Below, piece by piece: positions 1-5,938 of a stretch of DNA of 5,938 nucleotides (position 1 is its first letter; every line of letters starts with the position of its first letter). The position numbers were made by a program, and so were the translations under genes. Location of the stretch: positions 1-5,938 of the forward strand of contig NW_021829757.1 in the NCBI RefSeq assembly GCF_006345805.1. The letters run 5' to 3'. The notes beneath the pieces are model-generated. The model did no database searches, had not been told where the DNA came from, and was given only the letters and a program-made list of their open reading frames with translations. The stretch is from Octopus sinensis (Eukaryota).

Positions 1-57
1 CCAGGACTAGAAAAATCGTTAATATTTGTGATACATGAAGACACACACAACACAAAG

Positions 58-114
58 ATATATATATATATATTTATATATGTATATATATATAAATGTA
101 ATGTATATGTACAA

Positions 115-164
<50 letters not shown>

Positions 165-182
165 TTATATACACATACATAT
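58..182. repeat. (TA)n microsatellite with degenerate flanks
   Basis: Pure (AT)n run at about 119-162 with interrupted TA/TG/CA units on both sides. Confidence 0.95.
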
Positions 183-277
183 TTGTGTGTGTGTAAGTTT
201 ATTTTATTTTGATAAGTACTTTGGCTCGAAACTCAAGCTCTTAAGCGATTGATGTAGCTTCAAGGCTATAAATAATA

Positions 278-287
278 TGTGTGTGTG

Positions 288-318
<31 letters not shown>
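278..318. repeat. (TG)n microsatellite
   Basis: tgtgtg run with two GA interruptions. Confidence 0.95.
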
Positions 319-507
319 ACATGCGTGCGCTCCCGCGTGCGTACATAGTATGTGAAATGCTTATTTTCACGCGGTCAGCATCCCAGTCAAACGCAGAAAT
401 CGGTTGATAGATAAACATTTATTTTTGTATGTAGGGCTGTTTATGTGCGCATGCCTGGGTAAATGTATATCGGGTATATTTTATGTGTTTGCATGTATAC
501 GTATGAA

Positions 508-521
508 TATGTGTGTGTATG

Positions 522-593
<72 letters not shown>

Positions 594-622
594 TATATAT
601 ATATATGTATATCATACATATA

Positions 623-702
<80 letters not shown>

Positions 703-751
703 GATATATAGATATATATATATATATATACATATATACATATATGTATGT
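508..751. repeat. Long interrupted (TA)n microsatellite
   Basis: About 240 bp of TA dinucleotides with sporadic TT, TG, CA and GA interruptions. Confidence 0.95.
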
Positions 752-892
752 ACAAAAACTGATACGTTGGTATCTGTGCATCTATAATTGCAAGCACATG
801 TAACGAAGCTTGCAAGTTATAAATATAGCGTGAAAAACAGCAAGGTAGCACACGGCACATCACACAATTTGCACAAATATGCATAATATATA

Positions 893-1120
<228 letters not shown>

Positions 1121-1224
1121 AATAAACATAAGTATGGTGTATTCTATGCATGATTGCATCAGAGCAGTTTTGATAACCGAAACAATTCATTCTGTATATG
1201 CACCCACCCGCCATTTTCTCCTGC

Positions 1225-1372
1225 TTTTTGTGTTTTTTCTTATCTTTTTCTGTCTCTTCCTTTCTTCCTTCCTTCCTTTCTTTCTTTCTTTCTTCCTTTC
1301 TTTCTTTCTTTGGATCTTGTTTCTGCCAGCCTCTATTTCTTTCCCCATTTCCCCTTTATTTCATTCTTCTCT
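1225..1372. repeat. Pyrimidine-rich low-complexity tract with (CTTT)n/(CCTT)n core
   Basis: ttcttccttccttcctttctttctttctttc at about 1260-1310 inside a C/T-rich stretch. Confidence 0.85.
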
Positions 1373-1375
1373 CTC

Positions 1376-1470
1376 GTATGTATGTGCTTATTTATGCGTG
1401 TATATGTGTATATGTGTGAGTTCGTGTGTGTGTAGCTATGTATGCATGCGTATGTCTACGTATGCATATA
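1376..1470. repeat. Degenerate (TATG)/(TG) simple repeat
   Basis: Alternating purine-pyrimidine tatgtatgtg...tatgtgtatatgtgtg pattern. Confidence 0.7.
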
Positions 1471-1838
1471 TTAAGCGTATCTTGCTCATCACTTCGCTCT
1501 ACAATTAGAAGATTCAGGTTCGAGCTCACAAGACCACAGTATCTTTTCACCTTACCTTGGACTTAATCCAATGGTTGTCCAACTGAGGCGACAAAACCCC
1601 TTCAAACATACTACACAAGTAAATTAATGGGCACAACACTATCATAAAACCCTTGAGGAGTAATGGTCTAACTGTGAAATAGAAATAATCAAAAAGTTGA
1701 CGCTTCGGACAATTCTTGTTCATCACAGGTGGTAAAAGAGAGATGTGCTAAAGTTTCTTCCAGCTCACAGTTTTCATTCAAAATTAATAGTTTCAAATTT
1801 TGACACATGGTCAGCAATATTCGGGGAGAGGAGAACGC

Positions 1839-2000
1839 GATTACAGCGACCCCACTACTTTGGCTGGTACTTATTTTATTGACTCCCGAATGAATGTAAA
1901 ATAAAGTCAACCTCAGCGGAATTTACTCAGGGACAAAGGCAGATGAAATGCCGATTAGCATTTTGTACGTCGCGATTACGATTCTGCCAGTTCACCGCCC
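1839..2000 (-). mobile_element. SINE family A, diverged monomer
   Basis: The reverse complement reads gggcggtgaactggcagaatcg...ctgagtaaattccgctgaggttgacttt...ttcgggagtcaataaaataagtaccag...ggggtcgctgtaatcg. It is colinear with the plus-strand unit at 2071-2232 but carries more mismatches and small indels. Confidence 0.88.
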
Positions 2001-2054
2001 TCGCCACACTCACCGCCCTTACCACCCTAAATTAATGAAATGTACTTAATAGGG

Positions 2055-2067
2055 TTTCTAATTTAAT
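2055..2067 (+). repeat. Left target-site duplication of the trimeric SINE (partner at 2671-2683)
   Basis: tttctaatttaat occurs at 2055-2067, 3 nt before the SINE head, and at 2671-2683, directly after the tail. Confidence 0.8.
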
Positions 2068-2070
2068 TTA

Positions 2071-2670
2071 AGGCGGCAAACTGGCAGAAACGTTGCACGA
2101 CGGGCGAAATGCTTAGCTATTTCGTCTGTCTGTACGTTCTGAGTTCAAATTCCGCCGAGGTCTACTCTGCCTTTCATCCTTTCGGGGTGAATAAATTAAG
2201 TACCAGTTACGCACTGGTTTCGATGTAATCGACTTAATCTCTTTGTCTGTCCTTGTTTGTCCCCTCTATGTGGGCAATAAAGAAATAAGAAACGTTAGCA
2301 TGCCGGGCGAAATGCTCAACGGTATTTCATCTGCCGCTACGTTCTGAGTTCAAATTCCGCCGAGGTCGACTTTGCCTTTCATCCTTTTGGGGTTGATAAA
2401 TTAAGTACCAGTTACGCACTGGGGTCGATGTAATCGACTTAATCCGTTTGTCTGTCCTTGTTTGTCTCCTCTGTGTTTAGCCCCTTGTGGGTAGTAAAAA
2501 AATAGGTATTTCGTCTGTCTTTACGTTCTGAGTTCAAATTCCGCCGAGGTCAACTTTGCCTTTCATCCTTTAGGGTCTATAAATTAAATACCAGTTGCGT
2601 ACTGGGGACGATCTAATCGACTGATCTCCTCCCTGAAAATTTCGAGCCTTGTGCCTAGAGTAGAAAAGGA
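2071..2670 (+). mobile_element. tRNA-derived SINE family A, trimeric composite (units about 2071-2287, 2288-2504, 2505-2670)
   Basis: A-box-like tggcagaaacg at 2082-2092. B-box-like gagttcaaat at 2141, 2346 and 2530. Each unit contains ttccgccgaggt..act.tgcctttcatcctt..gggt..ataaattaa.taccagtt. The element is flanked by a 13-bp direct repeat, tttctaatttaat. Confidence 0.9.
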
Positions 2671-2683
2671 TTTCTAATTTAAT
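2671..2683 (+). repeat. Right target-site duplication of the trimeric SINE
   Basis: Identical 13-mer to 2055-2067. Confidence 0.8.
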
Positions 2684-2951
2684 AAGTTAGGAAGTTTAAT
2701 GAAAAGTTGTATTCGTTTCGTCAGGGCCCGTCAACAATATTGTTTTATATTATTTCAAACAGTAATTTCTAACACAAGTAACGCAGTAAACTACTCGACC
2801 GAACAATTATGCTTTATGTCTGGGGCTGTCGGATTAATTCGGTCGTTTTCCTTCTTTTTTTTTTCATTTATGTTAATCCAATCTAATTTTATTCGAATTA
2901 ACACGAGAAGATACATTTATTTTAGTGGTTTATTTTTTTTGTGTTAAGTTT

Positions 2952-2954
<3 letters not shown>

Positions 2955-3002
<48 letters not shown>
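2955..3002. repeat. Perfect (TA)n microsatellite
   Basis: Uninterrupted TA run abutting the SINE head at 3004. Confidence 0.97.
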
Positions 3003-3003
<1 letters not shown>

Positions 3004-3005
<2 letters not shown>

Positions 3006-3380
3006 GGCGCAGGGCTGGCTGTGTGGTAAGAATCTTCCTTACCAACCACACAGTTCCGGGTTCAGTCCCACTGCGTGGCACCTTGGCGAAGTGTTTTCTG
3101 CTATAGCCTCAGGCCGACCAAAGCCCTGTGAGTGGATTTGGTTGACAGAAACTGAAGGAAGCCCGTCGTGTGTCTGTGTATCCGTGTTTGTCCCCAACCA
3201 TCGCTTGACAACCGATGTTGCTGTGTTTACGTCTTCGTAACTTAGCGGTTCGGCAAAAGGGTTCGATAGAATAAGTACTAGACTTACAAAAAATAAGTCC
3301 TGGAGTCGACTTGTTCGACTAGAGTCGGTGCTCCAGCATGGCCACTGTCAAATGCCTGAAATAAGTAAAAGAATAAAAGA
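3004..3380 (+). mobile_element. tRNA-derived CORE-type SINE family B (resembles octopus OR/OK-type SINEs), apparently full length
   Basis: A box tggctgtgtgg at 3016-3026 and B box ggttcagtccc at 3059-3069. A CORE-like gtggcaccttggcgaagtg follows (MIR CORE is GTGACCTTGGGCAAGT). The tail is A-rich: aagtaaaagaataaaaga. A second, colinear copy starts at 5638. The family name is from recall, not a search. Confidence 0.9.
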
Positions 3381-3389
3381 GTAAATGAA

Positions 3390-3604
3390 TACATACATAT
3401 ACATATGTATGTATTTATGTATGTATGTATGTGTGTGTGTATGTATGTATGTGTGTATGTATGTATGTGTGTATATATGTATGTATGTATGTGTGTATGT
3501 ATGTATGTGTGTATGTATGTATGTATGTATGTATGTATGTATGTATGTATGTATACATTTATGTATGTATACATTTATGTAAGTATGTATGTATGTATTA
3601 TGTA
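3390..3604. repeat. (TATG)n/(CATA)n tetranucleotide microsatellite
   Basis: Short (CATA) units at 3390-3404 switch to a long (TATG)n tract with TG interruptions. Confidence 0.95.
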
Positions 3605-3610
3605 GGTAAG

Positions 3611-3737
3611 TCATTATTCAGTTTTATTTCAAGATTTTCTCCCTGTAAAGAAAGAGCTGGTTTCTAACCTAGATCGAAGATTCCTTTATTGGATTTCAAT
3701 ACCATCAACAGGGTATTTTTGCACGTATTTGTTTATA
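3611..3737 (-). mobile_element. Probable distal 3' UTR/terminus of the non-LTR retrotransposon whose ORF end lies at 5397-5633
   Basis: The minus strand ends ...atcttgaAATAAAactgaataatga (AATAAA at 3623-3628) and runs into (CATA)n. It lies directly left of the Tc1 end, in the same orientation as the LINE fragment to the right of the Tc1. The assignment is an inference from geometry. Confidence 0.6.
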
Positions 3738-4015
3738 CACAGTCGTCCTCAAAATTATTTATACTCCATGGAAACTAACATTCTGTTTTAGATTCTTCAT
3801 TTGTATTAATAAAAGCTATTATGTTGGTACTTCCTGTGTATCTTTTGTCTACCTGTTGCAATGCACAAATCCACATATGAGTTGGCTAAACTTCATTTGC
3901 ATAATAATAGATATGGCCTAAAGTTCTCTATTACACATGTTCAGAATTATTCATACTCCTGTTTTCACTTCCTGTGAATATGCTAATCTTTGTCCTGTAG
4001 TTATTTCCAGAAGAG

Positions 4016-4023
4016 TATAAATA
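4016..4023 (+). promoter_or_regulatory. Candidate TATA box for the transposase
   Basis: tataaata lies about 55-60 nt upstream of the reconstructed start codon, just inside the inner direct repeat. Motif match only. Confidence 0.4.
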
Positions 4024-4076
4024 GAGGAGAAAAAAAAAAGGAAAAGTGCTCTGGTCATACTCAGTTTCTGACCATC

Positions 4077-5070
4077 ATAGCCAAGATGAAGGAGCTTAGT
4101 GGGGACCTGCGTCAACGTTTTGTGCGTGCCCACAGTGAAGGAAAGGGTTACAAGGCCATTTCAAAACAGCATGATGTCCATGTGGCAACCGTCCAGTGCA
4201 TAATCAACAAACTCAAGAGGCTCAACACTGTTAAAAAACCTCAGTAAGTGTGGCAGGAAGCGTAAGGTGTCTCCTAAACTTGCCAGGAAAATCTGTCGAG
4301 AGGTCAACAACAACTCCCGGACCACAAGCATTGCCATAATCGAAGCGCTTGACCAGGCAGAGATGAAGGTGTCATGGTCCACCATTGGGCGAGTCTTGCA
4401 CAGAGGAGGTCTCCGTGAACGTAGGCCTCGGAAGACGTCGCTGCTCAGGATGAAAAGTACTGGGGGACTCGCCTGGCCTTTGCTAGAGGCCATCTTAAGC
4501 AAGATCCCAGCTTTTGGTCAACCATCCAGTGGGCTGATGAGACGAAGCTGAAGTTATTTGGCCACATGGATGCTGAATACGTCTGGAGGAAGAAAGGAGA
4601 AGCATACAAGCCGAACACTGTGCCCATCGTCAAGCATGGTGGTGGACACATAATGTTAAGGGGATGCTTCTCTTCCAGTGGCACAGGGAACCATGTCAAG
4701 AACCATGAGAAAGGAGGATTACATCAGAATCCTTGAAAACGTGGAGGAATCCGCTGAGAACTCCAACTGGGCCACAGCTGGAAGTACCAGCAGGACACTA
4801 CCACCAAGGTAGTGAAGAAATGGTTCAAGGACAATGTCAACGTCCTAGAATGACCAAGTCAGAGTCCTGACCTGAATCCAATCGAGAACTTGTGGTGAGA
4901 CTTGAAGACCAGGGTGATGGCTAGGAAACCGACAAACCTGGCCCAGCTCGAGGTTTTCGTCAAGGAAGAATGGGCCAACATCCCGCAGGAGACATGCAGG
5001 AAGCTTGTGGACACGTACAAGAATCCTTTAGAAGCAGTCAAAAAAAAAACGCTACGCTATTGACTATTAA
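4077..5070 (+). pseudogene. Tc1-like DD34E-type transposase pseudogene
   Basis: Reconstructed across frameshifts: (ATA)AKMKELSGDLRQRFVRAHSEGKGYKAISKQ (paired-like HTH); GRKRK at 4252-4266 (GRPR-like); STIGRVLHRGGL; RLAFARGHL...WADETK (first D at 4536); VKHGGGHIM; YQQD (second D at 4794); *PSQSPDLNPIENLW (E at 4884); KEEWANIP; YAIDY* (TAA at 5068-5070). It is disabled by a probable lost ATG, frameshifts near 4235, 4447, 4700, 4760 and 5045, and stops at 4851 and 4896. ORFs 3990..4247 and 4267..4551 are fragments of it. Confidence 0.96.
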
Positions 5071-5140
5071 GTGAAGATATTAGACTCAGCAAACCTAGGG
5101 TATGAATAATTTTGAACATGGCATTTTTTGAAAATCCATG

Positions 5141-5146
5141 AATAAA
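5141..5146 (+). other. Candidate polyadenylation signal of the transposase
   Basis: AATAAA about 70 nt after the transposase stop, within the right terminal region. Confidence 0.4.
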
Positions 5147-5297
5147 ATTCCCCTGAAGAATTTCTTGAATTGTGTATTGTTATTCTTTCACTTGTTGGTC
5201 ACATATAACTCATAAACAAACTTAAAATGAATTCATTTTATCACAAAACGAAAAATCACAAAAATTAAAAATGGTAACGATAATTTTAGCATAACTG

Positions 5298-5634
5298 TAT
5301 GCAATATTTGGAGTCTGAACGTGCAGATTTGTGTGTTTTGCTTTGTGTATGTATTCTCATGCATATAGTTACATGTCTAGACATATGCATATATCTTTGA
5401 ATGATAAACTTTTCGAAAATTTTACGAAGTTTTACAATTCCAGTGATGACTTGGATTTGTAGTCTTTGAAACAGCTTTCTCCTTTCTGGTTTTGAGAAGC
5501 CTTTCTCAAGATTGGTACTTAGGCAGTGTGTTACATATCCTAGGGCCCCAATAATTACAGGTATAAACACGAACTCGTAATTTGGGTGGAGTAACTGTAG
5601 ATTTCTCAATAGTTCAGTGTAAGTATTTTCTTTG
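5298..5634 (-). mobile_element. 3' fragment of an RLE-type non-LTR retrotransposon (R4/Dong-like): C-terminal endonuclease-domain coding remnant (about 5397-5633) plus proximal 3' UTR
   Basis: Minus-strand peptide KENTYTELLRNLQLLHPNYEFVFIPVIIGALGYV...RLQIQVITGIVKLRKIFEKF. The K-x-x-x-Y-x-x-L and P-V-(V/I)-I-G-A-L-G (5538-5564) motifs and the terminal LQ...G..K/R helix are typical of the end of restriction-like endonuclease domains in R2/R4-group LINEs. The upstream PD-(D/E)xK part is not in view. Confidence 0.82.
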
Positions 5635-5637
5635 TAT

Positions 5638-5938
5638 AGGCGAAGGATTGGCTGTGTGGTAAGTAGCATGCTTACCAACCACATGGTTCCGGGTTCAGTC
5701 CCACTGCATAGCACCTTGGACAAGTGTCTTTTACTATAGCCTCGGGCCGATCAAAGCCTTGCGAGTGAATTTGGTAGACGGAAACTGTAAGAAGCCCGTC
5801 ATATATATGAATGTGTGTGTTTGTCCCCCACCATCGCTTGACAACCGATGTTGTTTATATATGATGTGTGTATGTGTGTCGACAACCGATGTTGGTGTGT
5901 TTACGTCCCCGTAACTTAGTGGTTCGGCAAAAGAGAAC
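5638..5938 (+). mobile_element. CORE-type SINE family B, second copy (cut by the window end)
   Basis: A box tggctgtgtgg at 5649-5659, B box ggttcagtccc at 5692-5702, CORE-like gcaccttggacaagtg from 5711. Colinear with 3004-3260 apart from an internal duplication. Confidence 0.92.

Larger units (their letters stand above)
3740..5297 (+). mobile_element. Tc1-family DNA transposon (IS630/Tc1/mariner), near full length at about 1.56 kb, non-autonomous copy
   Basis: The left end is CAGTcgtcctcaaaattatttatactcc (3740-3767). The inner repeat catgttcagaattattcatac (3936-3956) matches the inverted copy at 5100-5120 at 20/21 nt. A degenerate candidate right end, ataattttagcataACTG|TA, ends at 5297. 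A transposase pseudogene lies inside. The right boundary is less certain than the left. Confidence 0.9.

Noticed and set aside
1517-1527. Isolated B-box-like ggttcgagctc
   Set aside because: There is no matching A box, cloverleaf or similarity to the SINEs in the window. It could be chance or an unrecognisably old SINE.
1689-1910. 73-aa minus-strand ORF
   Set aside because: It starts within the SINE remnant and has no recognisable motif or supported splice structure. A small host exon in 1480-1830 cannot be excluded without RNA data.
2071-2670. Three regularly spaced repeats as a CRISPR array or tRNA gene cluster
   Set aside because: The units are about 200-nt homologous blocks without unique spacers, no cloverleaf can be formed, and the context is eukaryotic with a TSD.
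2796-2864. 8-bp inverted repeat cgaccgaa/ttcggtcg (2796-2803, 2838-2845) followed by a T-rich run, terminator-like
   Set aside because: The 34-nt loop is long, the context is eukaryotic and there is no upstream gene. It is plausible by chance.
2699-3667. ORFs 2699..2947, 2941..3240 and 3284-3667
   Set aside because: They read through AT-rich sequence, the SINE body or the TATG microsatellite, and have no coding signature.
3951-5041. Minus-strand ORFs 3951..4133, 4161..4502, 4445..4699 and 4859..5041
   Set aside because: They are antisense shadows of the transposase pseudogene.
5286-5723. 145-aa ORF as an intact SINE-LINE fusion gene
   Set aside because: The first 29 or so residues are antisense SINE sequence, and the last 36 or so probably read through a former stop (CAA at 5397-5399 may derive from TAA). 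Only the central part is a real coding remnant, and nothing indicates expression.

Overview
This is AT-rich, repeat-dominated eukaryotic non-coding DNA. It is most likely from a coleoid cephalopod (Octopus), inferred from recalled SINE families and very dense (TA)n/(TG)n/(TATG)n microsatellites. No intact host gene is supported. The window holds: (i) long microsatellite tracts, which generate most of the spurious YIYI/VCMY ORFs; (ii) a tRNA-derived SINE family A, present as a minus-strand monomer (~1839-2000) head-to-head with a plus-strand trimer (2071-2670) flanked by a 13-bp TSD; (iii) two copies of a CORE-type tRNA SINE family B (3004-3380 and 5638-end); (iv) a near full-length, pseudogenised Tc1-type DNA transposon (~3740-5297) with inner and outer direct repeats; (v) the 3' end of a minus-strand RLE-type (R4/Dong-like) non-LTR retrotransposon that seems split by the Tc1 insertion and ends in a (CATA)n tract. 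I find no convincing new biological system. The most interesting points are the nested insertion history, the trimeric SINE that moved as one unit, a stem-loop module shared by the two SINE families, and an inverted SINE pair that could form dsRNA.
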